Origin: a virus
Lineage: Duplodnaviria > Caudoviricetes
Virus record (IMG/VR): IMGVR_UViG_3300050491_000011
Length of the DNA: 64,000 nt
Reading direction: 5' to 3' (one strand)
The notes below the pieces were generated by a model. The model did no database searches and had not been told where the DNA came from. It saw only the letters and a program-made list of their open reading frames with translations. Positions 44,905 to 55,134 of the stretch are shown one piece after another. How positions within the stretch are numbered: position 1 is the first letter of the stretch; every line of letters starts with the position of its first letter. The position numbers were made by a program, and so were the translations under genes.

Positions 44905-44950
44905 TCATCAGATCGGTCGGCCAACGGCCGATCTGATGATTTCTTTTTTT
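44905..44950 (+). terminator. Intrinsic terminator
   Basis: tcatcagatcgg...ccgatctgatga followed by a T-tract. Confidence 0.8.
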
Positions 44951-45014
44951 GTACTTAAACCAAACACAACCACACATTACCAAAGGGATAATACAAACAT
45001 GTTGAGGCTTATGA

Positions 45015-45239
45015 ATGGCAATCGCCGAAACACCCTACGCTATTTACGTCGGCCATCACAAAATCCGTGAAGGGATCGAGCATCTCCAATTCCTTGGTGT
45101 ACCAGTAAAGGTTCTGGAACTCATCATCGCGATGGATGTGTTTGATTCGTCCGACACCCTTAGCCTGTACCGCAACGAGAACGATCAAACCGTTTGGGTG
45201 CTGGTTTCGCACTCTTACGAGATCCGCTGCAAACGCTAA
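45015..45239 (+). CDS. Small hypothetical protein
   Basis: 74 aa with GAGG RBS 7 nt upstream. Confidence 0.55.
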   Translation: MAIAETPYAIYVGHHKIREGIEHLQFLGVPVKVLELIIAMDVFDSSDTLSLYRNENDQTVWVLVSHSYEIRCKR

Positions 45240-45322
45240 ACCTGTAATTAGTTACAATTGTAGTAAACCCTGTGTTCGAAAGTCGAATACCCCTAACCCG
45301 TGAAATACAAGGAAAGCGCAAC

Positions 45323-45781
45323 ATGAGCAAAGAATTGAACCCTGCCGTACGTTCCCTGGCTGATGACCTGAAACCGATCATCACTCTGGACAACACCACC
45401 GGCGTGGCCGAAGCACCTGGCGCTGAAGACGTATTCGCCAAGCACTTGCCTGAAGGCGTGACCATCGAAACCGTGAAAGTCGTTCAGGACAGCCTGCTGA
45501 CCTACGCTGCTGCCCAGACCCTGGCCAACGGCGAGCTGCAACGCGACGCCATGCTCGAGAACAAAGACCTGGCCTCCGGTTCGCTGAAAACCAAGATCGG
45601 CTACAGCGCCATCGAATCCAGCTACCACCGCCGCAAGTCCGGCACTGCCATGGGCAAGCCGTGGGAGAAGTTCGGCGTTACCAATACCGACGTAACTCTC
45701 GGTGTCGGCCGTAAGGGCGCAGACCTGAAAGCAGTTGTGAACTACCTGGGCGAAGACGCTCAGTCCGTATTCGCAAACTGA
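45323..45781 (+). CDS. Highly expressed hypothetical protein, possible HU/IHF-like DNA-binding protein
   Basis: 152 aa from ATG at 45323 after AAGGA, with extreme C-ending codon bias. The C-terminal half resembles the HU beta-arm and final helix. Confidence 0.6.
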   Translation: MSKELNPAVRSLADDLKPIITLDNTTGVAEAPGAEDVFAKHLPEGVTIETVKVVQDSLLTYAAAQTLANGELQRDAMLENKDLASGSLKTKIGYSAIESSYHRRKSGTAMGKPWEKFGVTNTDVTLGVGRKGADLKAVVNYLGEDAQSVFAN

Positions 45782-45843
45782 TCGCACTGCCTGGGCGCCG
45801 TATCTGGAGAAGGGGCCAACACTTCTCCAGTGGCAGCCATTCG

Positions 45844-45887
45844 TAAAGCCGGGGGTTCGCCTCCGGCTTTATGCCCTTTCTTTTTTC
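45844..45887 (+). terminator. Intrinsic terminator of the TAAAG...CTTTATG family
   Basis: taaagccggggg-ttcg-cctccggcttta-tgccc followed by a T-tract. Confidence 0.85.
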
Positions 45888-45925
45888 TTACTGTATTTAT
45901 TTTCTCAACCAGCAGGAACTAAAGC

Positions 45926-46249
45926 ATGATTCTTCGCAATGGCGATTTCAAAACCTTTGGTACTCTTGAACGCGCACTCTTCCGTGAGTGTGGTGTTCGT
46001 ATCGTATTCCGCATCGATACCGATACCCAACTGTTCCCGAGTGTTAGGCTCACCCGTCAAGGTTATCCGATCATCATCGATCGAATGACTGTCGCCCAAT
46101 TCAAGGAAATGATCCGTGGCTCGATGCGGCGTCGGTGCGTGAGTACTAACGACGATCACATCCTCGCCAAGACTTCACTGGATGTCGTTAGTAACTGCGG
46201 CATTATCCCTGCCGGTCAAACTCTCATCAAGAACGTGATCTTCGGATAA
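45926..46249 (+). CDS. Hypothetical protein
   Basis: 107 aa with AGGA RBS. Confidence 0.6.
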   Translation: MILRNGDFKTFGTLERALFRECGVRIVFRIDTDTQLFPSVRLTRQGYPIIIDRMTVAQFKEMIRGSMRRRCVSTNDDHILAKTSLDVVSNCGIIPAGQTLIKNVIFG

Positions 46250-46259
46250 GGGTTTGACA

Positions 46260-46308
46260 GCATAAAGACCGGGGCGTAATGCCCCGGTCTATGCCACTTC
46301 TTTTTTTT
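46260..46308. terminator. CATAA-hairpin-TATG element with T-tract
   Basis: gcataa-agaccggggc-gtaat-gccccggtct-atgcc...tttttttt between convergent genes. Confidence 0.85.
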
Positions 46309-46309
46309 G

Positions 46310-46627
46310 TCACCGTTTGGATGTGATCCGGTACTTGGTGCTCTTCGGCAACACAAGCTTACCGACCATCGTACCAATCATGACCTCCCCAGTCATGCTG
46401 ATCGATTCCAAACGATAGTCACTTCCTTCCAGAAAGCGGCTATCTACACAATTCTGGCTGTAGTGGATTACACCACCCACAGCTAGTAGGGCCTCCCCGA
46501 CCCTACGAACCTCATCCCTGACGTTTTCTTTGTCCAGGTATACGATGCCACAGGTTCCCACACCTTGCAGCCTCAAATCGCTTTCCAGCTCCTTGAGTGA
46601 CTCGAGCAGTTTGTGTTGTGCTGGCAT
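46310..46627 (-). CDS. Hypothetical protein
   Basis: 105 aa, downstream of the tube gene and a hairpin at about 46660-46692. Confidence 0.5.
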   Translation of the reverse strand: MPAQHKLLESLKELESDLRLQGVGTCGIVYLDKENVRDEVRRVGEALLAVGGVIHYSQNCVDSRFLEGSDYRLESISMTGEVMIGTMVGKLVLPKSTKYRITSKR

Positions 46628-46701
46628 AGTGCTATCTCTTTTAGTGCTTCACGGTATAAAGCCTGGACTCAACCTTTCGGAAGAGTCCAGGAGTAACGGT
46701 G

Positions 46702-47562
46702 TTACGGAGTTACCAACGAGCCTTTGATCGCATTGATCTGCTCGGTGAAACCCGTTGCAACGGCCGATACGTTGGAGTCAACGCCGGTGACGAAGTTGGC
46801 CTGGTACTGTGGGTCCATACCGCTTACGCGGACGGCGTCCATGAAGCCCTGAGCCAATTTGTCAACTGCGTAACCAACCTTCTGCCAGCCAGTCCAGGAC
46901 AGGTTGTAGGTGGCAAGCTCACCATCCTGCTGGAGTTGACGGTTACCGATGTTCTCACCAATTTCCTGATGCAGCCAGAAGTTGGTGATCAGCCAGGAGT
47001 TCTCGACGTAACGGAAAGTCTTGTCGGGCTCGAAGGCGATGATGGTGCCGCCGTACACGTCTGCCAGTTGGTCGGTAAACCGATCGCTGACGCCAGTGAG
47101 GAGCGGATGCCCGGTGTCCGGGTCCATGAACAGGTAACGAACCATGTCTTCCATGAAGCGCATGATTGGACGACGATCCTTGTCCACCACGGTGGAGGTG
47201 ATCTGCGACCGCGCACGCGATACACGGGATGGGGTCTGGAAGACCTCACCGGCGTTACCCAGCTGAGTTTCCTGGGTGTTAACAGTCAGGGTACGGTTGA
47301 AGCCGTTCCAGGACTGCATCCAGTTTTCGATGAAGTTCTTGTAGGCAGCTACGTACAGCTGCCCATTAGGAAGCATCATCAGACCGGCGGGCGCTTGCAG
47401 CACTTTGATGATCAGCGGCTTACGGATGTAGTCCGTGGCCGATGGGTAGTACTGCATGTCGGTCAGGTAGCCTTGTTGGCCCTGTACCGCCATGTTCAGC
47501 ACTGTCATCTGAGCGCGTTCGGCGTACGCCTTATTGGTCAGAGTATCTGCATACCGTCCCAT
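46702..47562 (-). CDS. Tail tube protein (phiKZ gp30-like)
   Basis: 286 aa directly downstream of the sheath, beta-rich, with strong codon bias. Confidence 0.85.
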   Translation of the reverse strand: MGRYADTLTNKAYAERAQMTVLNMAVQGQQGYLTDMQYYPSATDYIRKPLIIKVLQAPAGLMMLPNGQLYVAAYKNFIENWMQSWNGFNRTLTVNTQETQLGNAGEVFQTPSRVSRARSQITSTVVDKDRRPIMRFMEDMVRYLFMDPDTGHPLLTGVSDRFTDQLADVYGGTIIAFEPDKTFRYVENSWLITNFWLHQEIGENIGNRQLQQDGELATYNLSWTGWQKVGYAVDKLAQGFMDAVRVSGMDPQYQANFVTGVDSNVSAVATGFTEQINAIKGSLVTP

Positions 47563-47565
47563 TTA

Positions 47566-49632
47566 TTAAGTCTCCGAAGAACGACGGTTTTGCGCGATGA
47601 TCGCCAGGTTTTCAACGGTGCGAGCGTTGTCACCAGCCATCTCGATATTCAGGTGCCACGAGAAGTTGCTCTGAGTATCGAACGCATCGAAATAAGCGTC
47701 TGGAGTGACGTCGACGCGGCCGTCGTACTTACCAGCAGTACGAGCGGTAACCTTGTCGTTCACCATGTCCAGGAACTGCTCATCGGTGAGCTGCGAGTCA
47801 CCCGACATTTCACGCCAGGTGATGTGCCCGATCCGCGTCAGGTTGCACGCGATGCAAACGTTGATGTAAGCATGCAGGATCGAGGTCTGCTCTTCGTAGA
47901 TCGACTGGATGCCGGCCCAGAAGAGGCGGCCCATATCGAAGTACTCGGCGTAGTTCATCCCGTTGTCCCAGTCAACCTGACGCACTTCAGGCTCTTGGGT
48001 CACGACGTTGTGGTCGCGATAACGAGTGATGGTGTTCTGCTCACCACGGCCGAACGATTTCTCGTTCTTCATCTCGCCGCCTTCAGCGCCCATGTACTCG
48101 GTGCCGAGGATCAAGATGTATTCCAGGAACGGAACGATGCCGTCGTACAGGTCGTCGATCAGATGACCGGCTTGACCGAATACGCAGAAGCGCAGTGCCT
48201 TGGTGCCGAACTCGGACGATTCCTGCTGCGCACGGAAGTGCGAACGCAAGGTGATAGCGATCGAGGAGTCTTGCGCCGGGGTGTTCAGCGGCTTCAGGAC
48301 GTCTTGGGTGCAGGTGTGAACGTACACGTCAGGACGAGCAGTGTGGAACGCCGAGAACTTCAGCTTGGTGGCAACCGGGAAGCCCGAATCCCAGACGGAG
48401 TCGTACGGCATGCGTGCGATGTCTTTGTATGGGACGCCATTGCTGCTGAGATCGCTCAGAACGCTGTCCATCACGGCGTTGAAGCTTTCGTTACCCAGGT
48501 TACCGTCTGCGCCGCCAGTCATCCACAGGTTGGACAGTTCGCCCAAGAGGATGCCGCCGTCAGCAGGACCTTCGATGATGAAGGTATGGTAAGGGTTGCC
48601 GTTGATGTCGGTGCCTGTCAGGAAGTTGAACAGGTTGACATCGGAGAGTTCTTCAGTGGTGTAGTCCGCTTCGGCCGTAGCCAATTGGGTCAACAGCGCC
48701 TGAATGTTTGCGTCGTAGAACGCGAACTTCTCGCACGGACCCCAGCCGGTGAAGGCTTGTGGGTTGTTGGCTTCGTAGCTCTTCTTGATAACCTTGCCAC
48801 CGTAGTACTCGGTGGAGGTCGCCAAGTCGATGGTGCCTTTCTTGAACGAGAAGTCCAGGTAAGGCTGGCTGCGCAGCGTGCGCTGCAAAGTAGCAGTCGA
48901 AGACTTGTTGGCACGGTTAACGAATTGAACGCGGAACAGACGAGCGCCCAGAGCTTCGGCCAGATCTTCATCAACAGGCTGGCTCGACTTGGTAGTCGGA
49001 GCGATCAGGCGCATGCCGATGTTGTTACCCTTCTCGCCTTCGAAGCGAGCCAGGCCGTCCCAGATTGGGATCTCGCGAGAGACCTCACCGCCGACGGTCG
49101 AAACCAGCAGGCCTTCAGCTTCAGCAGCAGCGCCGAAGGTGGATTCACCAGCTTGGTCATTGGTAACAGCTTTCCAACGCCATTGAGCGCGGAAACCAGT
49201 GGTCTTCTCGCCGGTAGGAATCTTGACGCCTTGAGCGTCGAGCTTCAGGCTACCGTCGGTGTTCCGCTCGTAGAGAGGAACTTGGTCTTCGACGATATCG
49301 AGAGCCAGGCGGAAGGATGCTTGTTTGGCACCAGGCGCAGGCAGACGAACGAAGATCGCTTTACCGGAAGCTTCGAAGTGACTGCGGATGAACTGCGATT
49401 GGTGGGTGAAGAACGGAGACAGCGGGTCCGTCACACCAGAACCGAACAGCAGGCTCAAGCCCGAGTCGTTTACGTAGCGACCGTTACCGTACTCACCCCA
49501 AGGTGCGAACGATTGGAACAAAGGAAGACGAATCGGAAGATTCTCGACCGGAAGGGTCAAGCTCGTTACCGTCTCGTCCTTTACGCCCCGGAACTCAGTC
49601 CGTGGCACGGAACTCAAACGACTTACAGACAT
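47566..49632 (-). CDS. Contractile tail sheath protein (phiKZ gp29-like)
   Basis: 688 aa with strong codon bias. It heads the sheath-tube operon, divergent from three virion genes and the terminase as in phiKZ gp25-30. Confidence 0.88.
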   Translation of the reverse strand: MSVSRLSSVPRTEFRGVKDETVTSLTLPVENLPIRLPLFQSFAPWGEYGNGRYVNDSGLSLLFGSGVTDPLSPFFTHQSQFIRSHFEASGKAIFVRLPAPGAKQASFRLALDIVEDQVPLYERNTDGSLKLDAQGVKIPTGEKTTGFRAQWRWKAVTNDQAGESTFGAAAEAEGLLVSTVGGEVSREIPIWDGLARFEGEKGNNIGMRLIAPTTKSSQPVDEDLAEALGARLFRVQFVNRANKSSTATLQRTLRSQPYLDFSFKKGTIDLATSTEYYGGKVIKKSYEANNPQAFTGWGPCEKFAFYDANIQALLTQLATAEADYTTEELSDVNLFNFLTGTDINGNPYHTFIIEGPADGGILLGELSNLWMTGGADGNLGNESFNAVMDSVLSDLSSNGVPYKDIARMPYDSVWDSGFPVATKLKFSAFHTARPDVYVHTCTQDVLKPLNTPAQDSSIAITLRSHFRAQQESSEFGTKALRFCVFGQAGHLIDDLYDGIVPFLEYILILGTEYMGAEGGEMKNEKSFGRGEQNTITRYRDHNVVTQEPEVRQVDWDNGMNYAEYFDMGRLFWAGIQSIYEEQTSILHAYINVCIACNLTRIGHITWREMSGDSQLTDEQFLDMVNDKVTARTAGKYDGRVDVTPDAYFDAFDTQSNFSWHLNIEMAGDNARTVENLAIIAQNRRSSET

Positions 49633-49714
49633 GTTGTACTCCCAGGAGCTAGTTCTGCGCAGAACTTCGAGGAATGGTATGGTCAGCGAACTTCAGCCGA
49701 AACGCCGAAGTAAG

Positions 49715-49740
49715 CATACTATTTTTATTCCCGCTTTATG
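49715..49740. promoter_or_regulatory. Divergent late promoters (CATA on + = TATG on -, and TATG on +)
   Basis: aagCATActatttttattcccgcttTATGc in the AT-rich gap between the sheath and the 49786 gene. Confidence 0.5.
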
Positions 49741-49785
49741 CAAACGAATGTAACTTTTAACTCACATAAGTAGGAGACGCGAACA

Positions 49786-50685
49786 ATGTTCGAGACCCCA
49801 TACCAGACCACTCCATGTTCGCGGTTCTCTTTGGACAAAACCGCTGCCGCAATTCGGGCACTGGAAATCAATGAAGAACTGGTCGGAACTGACTTCAGCA
49901 CACAGGGCGTAATGCTTATTCCGCCCGGCGTAGTTGACCTCATGCCGTTCCAACAAGTGATCACTCGTATCCAGATTCCTACCATGCAAGCACCGGCTGT
50001 CATCGATGGCCGCTCGTTGATGCGCGCAGATGGTCGCTTCGTTAAAGATGATGCTGCTAAGCACGCCATCTTGGTTGCTGACTTGGTTGTGATGTGGTAC
50101 ACCCAAGAAGCTTCCTTTAAGCGTGACATGTTGAACGTCGGTGATTTCCCAGCCAAGGTTTTTATCTCCTGGCTCAACGGGGCAATCAGTCAACGGATTG
50201 GGCTTGACCTCGGTCAAAGTACTTTGGTCCGAGCGATGATCGCAATCTACTACGTTCAGCTCTTTGGTCCACTGCCTGACAATGCAACCGAGAACGACGT
50301 TGATCGTTTGATGGTTCGCGCATCCCGTCTGCTACCGGCGATGGACCCTACAACTCTTCGTGGCGCACTGGGTGAGATTCCTCAGCTCAATACGTTGAAA
50401 GATCTGGTTACGTGGATCGTTAAGGTCTTGGATTCTCCAAGAACTCATGACCTGACAGTGGCCTACGTCTACACTGCATTAGGAGCAAGCTTCGGTCCGC
50501 TCCATCGTGAAGCCGTTGCTATCGCAGTCGAATACCCGCCGATGTTCTTGGCGATGCTGTACTCCACCTGCAAAGAACGTAGCTACACCCGCACTGGCCT
50601 TGGCCGTGTTATCGAAGCGGTTATCCGTCAGGGTTCCGATAAAGAATACGTCAAGAACATGAACCACCTCATCGGTCAGAGGTAA
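49786..50685 (+). CDS. Virion structural protein (phiKZ gp28-like by synteny)
   Basis: 299 aa with TAGGAG RBS; first gene of the operon divergent from the sheath. Confidence 0.65.
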   Translation: MFETPYQTTPCSRFSLDKTAAAIRALEINEELVGTDFSTQGVMLIPPGVVDLMPFQQVITRIQIPTMQAPAVIDGRSLMRADGRFVKDDAAKHAILVADLVVMWYTQEASFKRDMLNVGDFPAKVFISWLNGAISQRIGLDLGQSTLVRAMIAIYYVQLFGPLPDNATENDVDRLMVRASRLLPAMDPTTLRGALGEIPQLNTLKDLVTWIVKVLDSPRTHDLTVAYVYTALGASFGPLHREAVAIAVEYPPMFLAMLYSTCKERSYTRTGLGRVIEAVIRQGSDKEYVKNMNHLIGQR

Positions 50686-50689
50686 GCAC

Positions 50690-53311
50690 ATGGTTAGTTC
50701 AACCGACTTTCTGGTTGATCACGCCTACCGGAATGCTTGGTGCAGTCCACGGCAAGATCGCCAGCACATCGTAGCACCGACGCGGATCACTAAACGCCAA
50801 GGTGCTATCGGTAACGTCAAGCTCGGGATGAAGACTTACAACCTTCCGTCGCTCGGCAAGTGGTATCACGTTTTCAACATCGGCGACCTCCCACCTATCT
50901 TGGTGGGAATGACTACAATCGTCGATAAGTGGGTATCGGTAATGGGGCAGTGTAATGCTACTTCATTGCTGGTAGATCTGTACACCGAACTCGGTTTACA
51001 CATCCCGGCCCACAGAGCATATTGGCTGTACACTCATACCGGGCAGTTGGTGCTCGCTATTTTGGACACCAAGAAGATCGCAAACCTCGGTATTGAGCAG
51101 CCGTATATCCGTTGGAGAAGCAACGCTTACTTCGATGGTAACGACGGCATGTTCCTCAATGACGGGATCGAGATCGCAGGTCTCACGCCGACTACTCAGG
51201 CTCAGTATTCGCTGTTTCAAGCGAAGTGGCGCGCTGCCAAACTGCTGCCGGGTTACGCTTGGGCCTTCGTCAACGGTAAGCGTGTCAAGGACATCAACCT
51301 GACCACTGCGGTGGTTGGGGACATCCTTGAATACACCTACGACGCTTCGGTGAAAGTTGTTACTGAACTGAAGATCAAAGATCTCAAGTCGTTCCTGAGT
51401 ACCCTCGATACCAAGGGCAAGTATCTGGTGCCGCGTGCTGGCGTGTCTGACATCATCGACTACTGCGATGACATCGATATCTACATGTTGCGCTACCACT
51501 TGACCGCCGCTTACACCGGACACTATTACCACCAGAACCAGCCGGACTCTGTTCGGATGGTAACGCATCGGGACTACTCGATTCCGCAGACTTATCTCCA
51601 GCACTTCATCGATAACATCGAAGGGTGGATCTGGAACGATGACCTGCGTCTGGAAGTGATCGTTCGTAACAGCGGCTGGACGAATCGCCCTCTGGTTAAC
51701 GAGGCGCATCGGATCAAGGAACTGTTCAAGCTTTCTGAGACTAATCGTCTTAAAGCAATGATCGGTGAGCAGTCTCTCGATATCTGGCATGCTGCGGAAC
51801 TTGAGAACAGCTTCTATCCGAAGATCATGCGTGCTGAGTTCGGTGGCATTGATCGTCCGATGGTTGAGAAAGCTTACGGGTACAATGCGATCGCTAAACT
51901 GATCTGCGACGTGCCTTACAAGGTTGCTGTGAATTCGCCGTGGGTGGATCTTCCATTCGCAGTGACGCAGTTCTCGACTGTGTTCGAATACGACAGCTCC
52001 GGCTTGCTGCTAGGTTGGTACGTTCACGATAACTCGATTCAGTATCCGGTTCACAATCCGGAAACGATGTACATCGAGAGCTATGTCGGCCGGGGCGGCA
52101 CTAAGCTGTCGACGATTTACGATACCGATCTGGTTAAGTTGGAATACGGCGTTGACTACCGGTTCTACGTTTGTGACATCTGGAACGGTGTTTCCAAGAA
52201 CAACTGGAAAGACGTAACAGGTGACGATGAGTACTACACCATCTCTAATCGGGTGGTTAGCTGGCACATCGATCAAACGAAATTCCACACGGCAATCCGT
52301 GACAGCAAAGACTTCCTGTGCCATACGCTTCAGTTGAACTATCGTGATGACCTGCTGACTCTCACCGTGAATATCGATGAGGTGTTGAGCGGGCGTGTTC
52401 CGGTTACCGACGTGATGCGTGTTCCGCCTGGTCAGTTCGATGTGATCCTTAACAAGTTCACGTTGGTTCCTGATATCGACTATTACGTCGAGTGGCCTGA
52501 AGTCTGCATCGTCAACAAGATGTATCTGAAACCGGGTGCAATGCAGGACGTGACCATTCGTGGTCGTGGCTTCTGTAACCCTGACATGACTTTGGAACCG
52601 GTCGGTGATTCTGGCTTTGTTGCTTACGAGCAGCTCAGTCATAACGCTCGGTTTAACGTGCGGGACGATAAGGTCTGCCGCATCTCCATTGCAGGTCAGT
52701 TGTACACCCGTGAAGAAGTTGCATTCAGTGAAGACGGGGCAGTGCTTGCCACTGGTGTGAAGAACGGCACGCCGTACCTGATCACTCACCCAGTGATTCC
52801 GATGATGGGCGTTACAGATACCGACACCTACACGTTGAAGGCAGTTTCTGATGCCATCGATGAGAAAGTGGAAGGGTATCTCACTCAGTACCGTCCTGAG
52901 CCGGTGCAACCGTTGCCGTCTGGGATGCCTGCGTGGTACTCGGTATTCAGTCCTTTCTGCGCGAAGCTTATCTACGACATGCTTAACGGCATTCTGTTGA
53001 TGGATGAGTTCATGGGTACTTATACCTTGCAGCAGGTCAAGGAGAAGTTGGTTGGTTACGAATGGATTCTCAAGTACGACCCTGCTATTCGGGGCGTGAA
53101 TGATGAATACGTCAAGATCGATCCGCACCCTGAAGCCGAAGTCATCGAGCTCAACATCTACCAGTATCGGTTCTTGGATCGGGCGGTCGAAGCTTTCCTC
53201 GACGGTAAGGTTCCTCTCAACCACCACTTGGTGATTGTAGAGCCTGGCTACGAGCATGAGCAGGACGATCACCCTCACCCGCATCGTTCTTGGGACGAAG
53301 TGTCGGCATAA
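50690..53311 (+). CDS. Virion/baseplate structural protein (phiKZ gp27-like by synteny)
   Basis: 873 aa starting FLVDHAYRNAWCSPRQDRQ. Confidence 0.65.
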   Translation: MVSSTDFLVDHAYRNAWCSPRQDRQHIVAPTRITKRQGAIGNVKLGMKTYNLPSLGKWYHVFNIGDLPPILVGMTTIVDKWVSVMGQCNATSLLVDLYTELGLHIPAHRAYWLYTHTGQLVLAILDTKKIANLGIEQPYIRWRSNAYFDGNDGMFLNDGIEIAGLTPTTQAQYSLFQAKWRAAKLLPGYAWAFVNGKRVKDINLTTAVVGDILEYTYDASVKVVTELKIKDLKSFLSTLDTKGKYLVPRAGVSDIIDYCDDIDIYMLRYHLTAAYTGHYYHQNQPDSVRMVTHRDYSIPQTYLQHFIDNIEGWIWNDDLRLEVIVRNSGWTNRPLVNEAHRIKELFKLSETNRLKAMIGEQSLDIWHAAELENSFYPKIMRAEFGGIDRPMVEKAYGYNAIAKLICDVPYKVAVNSPWVDLPFAVTQFSTVFEYDSSGLLLGWYVHDNSIQYPVHNPETMYIESYVGRGGTKLSTIYDTDLVKLEYGVDYRFYVCDIWNGVSKNNWKDVTGDDEYYTISNRVVSWHIDQTKFHTAIRDSKDFLCHTLQLNYRDDLLTLTVNIDEVLSGRVPVTDVMRVPPGQFDVILNKFTLVPDIDYYVEWPEVCIVNKMYLKPGAMQDVTIRGRGFCNPDMTLEPVGDSGFVAYEQLSHNARFNVRDDKVCRISIAGQLYTREEVAFSEDGAVLATGVKNGTPYLITHPVIPMMGVTDTDTYTLKAVSDAIDEKVEGYLTQYRPEPVQPLPSGMPAWYSVFSPFCAKLIYDMLNGILLMDEFMGTYTLQQVKEKLVGYEWILKYDPAIRGVNDEYVKIDPHPEAEVIELNIYQYRFLDRAVEAFLDGKVPLNHHLVIVEPGYEHEQDDHPHPHRSWDEVSA

Positions 53312-53356
53312 ACCCAATAGGGGGCGGGCAACCGCTCCCTCTACTGAGTCGAAATT

Positions 53357-55075
53357 ATGGCTGAGAATATCATCCCGTTACCGAACGGTTATACGGTGAT
53401 CACTGACGAGGATCGTGAAAAGGCGTCGGTCTTTAAGATCGCTGACCTCTACTCTTACAGACTCGTGGACGATGGCAGTGATGTTATCAAAGGTGAAGGC
53501 AAATACGTACCGAACGTCGATGACCTGGTCATCATTTATGAACTCGGCATGTTTCGTGTTAGTCGGGTGGATTACACCAGTTACGTCGCTGACCTAGAAC
53601 TCTGGGAACTTCCCAAGTCTGGTGGTGATGTTGGTGTGGTCGACGTTCTGCTCGGTGTTGGCACTGGCTACACCAGCGAAACTTGGCGGGCAATGCTGGA
53701 CACCCGCAAGCTGCCGTACACTCTGGACGTTGATGGTCGACTCCACATGTACAGCGATCTGGCGAAAGAGTTCCGTGTCTTCAAAGGCATTGACATTACC
53801 CAGACTGGCGAAGTCATCAGTGCGTATTACAACGCATCGAACGAATACGTCAATGATGCTATCCCTCTGAAGACCGTTGGTACTGACGTTGTCACTAACC
53901 TCAATATCAAAGCTCCTACAGCGGGCTACAGCACCATTGCGCTTGAAGATGGTGCATTGGTGACGGCTGTGTTCTACAGCTTCACTGGCGCGATCCTGAG
54001 CATCGCTAAGCTGCTGATCCACAACACGAACGTGATCCGCCATCCTGATGATTCGGTTAAACGGATCAAATCGATTGAGCTGATCAGTCCGTACCTGTCG
54101 ACGACTGAGCCGAACGTCCTGAACATCTCCATCTCTGCAACTGTGGCCACTCTGGCACTGCGCGGTAAGGTGACGTACATCGACGGTACGACTTCTATCC
54201 AAGACGTTGTGGATGAAGACTCGAACGGCAAGATGAAGTTGCTGGGCCTGAAGTACTGGTCTCCAACCATCACCGGTCGTTACGCCGACGTTACTCTGAG
54301 CTATGCTCCGAGTGAAGGTGAGGAATTCTCTTACAGTCAAGGCACCACTTACGCCGGCACTGTAACTGTTCCTTATCAGATCCGTGGCCTGCCAGTCGAT
54401 CCTTCGTACAGCCTCAAGCTGTTCGTGTTCCCATCGTGGATCTCGAACCTGCAAGGCTACGCGCTGGAATACTGGCTCTACGACCTGAACCGTCAGGTGG
54501 CTCGTCGTGTACCGAAAGCTGCTGTGGAATTGCACGAAGACTCCATGCCGTTCGACGGCCTGGAATACATCACAGTGCAGACCCTGAAGTTCGGTGTGAA
54601 CCTCGGCGTGGTCGATACCAGTTACGGCAGCAACCGCCATGTGCAAACAGTGCAGGTTGCGTTGCAGCGTGATGGTGGTCTGCGTGCTACCAACTGGAAA
54701 GTCAAGTTTGCGAGCAACCAGCCGGGTTACTACGGTACTGGTATCGAAGCGATCATCCGGGCTGGCAGCAGCGGCCTGAGTACCGTGAATCTGAAATGCG
54801 GTGCTGTTGATAAAGCTGCGTGGCTCAAGCTGGTCTTCGAACCACTGCAAGCACTGTACGATCCGCAAACTGAAGTGTCGGCTCCAGCACCTACTCACTT
54901 TGTCGTGACTACGAAGACTCGCGTCTACGAATTCCCGATCGGTCAGTGGGCTAACGACCTCACATTCATCAACGATCTCCAGGAAGGCGAGACTCTCTAC
55001 GTTAAGTTCCTCAAACGTAACGTCTCTGGCGATCTGCAACTGGCTGTGGCTGGTTTCCCTACGCACTCGGTCTAA
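53357..55075 (+). CDS. Virion/baseplate structural protein (phiKZ gp26-like by synteny)
   Basis: 572 aa, beta-rich (Ig-like strands), immediately upstream of the terminase. Confidence 0.65.
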   Translation: MAENIIPLPNGYTVITDEDREKASVFKIADLYSYRLVDDGSDVIKGEGKYVPNVDDLVIIYELGMFRVSRVDYTSYVADLELWELPKSGGDVGVVDVLLGVGTGYTSETWRAMLDTRKLPYTLDVDGRLHMYSDLAKEFRVFKGIDITQTGEVISAYYNASNEYVNDAIPLKTVGTDVVTNLNIKAPTAGYSTIALEDGALVTAVFYSFTGAILSIAKLLIHNTNVIRHPDDSVKRIKSIELISPYLSTTEPNVLNISISATVATLALRGKVTYIDGTTSIQDVVDEDSNGKMKLLGLKYWSPTITGRYADVTLSYAPSEGEEFSYSQGTTYAGTVTVPYQIRGLPVDPSYSLKLFVFPSWISNLQGYALEYWLYDLNRQVARRVPKAAVELHEDSMPFDGLEYITVQTLKFGVNLGVVDTSYGSNRHVQTVQVALQRDGGLRATNWKVKFASNQPGYYGTGIEAIIRAGSSGLSTVNLKCGAVDKAAWLKLVFEPLQALYDPQTEVSAPAPTHFVVTTKTRVYEFPIGQWANDLTFINDLQEGETLYVKFLKRNVSGDLQLAVAGFPTHSV

Positions 55076-55134
55076 GGGATACGATCTAGGGAGGGCGACC
55101 TCCCTAGGTCACTATGCCGCATTGAGGACCAATC

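Noticed and set aside
44933-44939. CTGATGA resembling a hammerhead ribozyme core
   Set aside because: It is the 3' arm of a terminator stem followed by a T-tract, with no GAAA or three-stem architecture.
46699-49713. 1004-aa ORF on + antisense to both tube and sheath
   Set aside because: It sits codon-for-codon opposite two in-frame, highly biased genes that avoid TTA, CTA and TCA, so the antisense frame has no stops. No RBS and no protein-like motifs.
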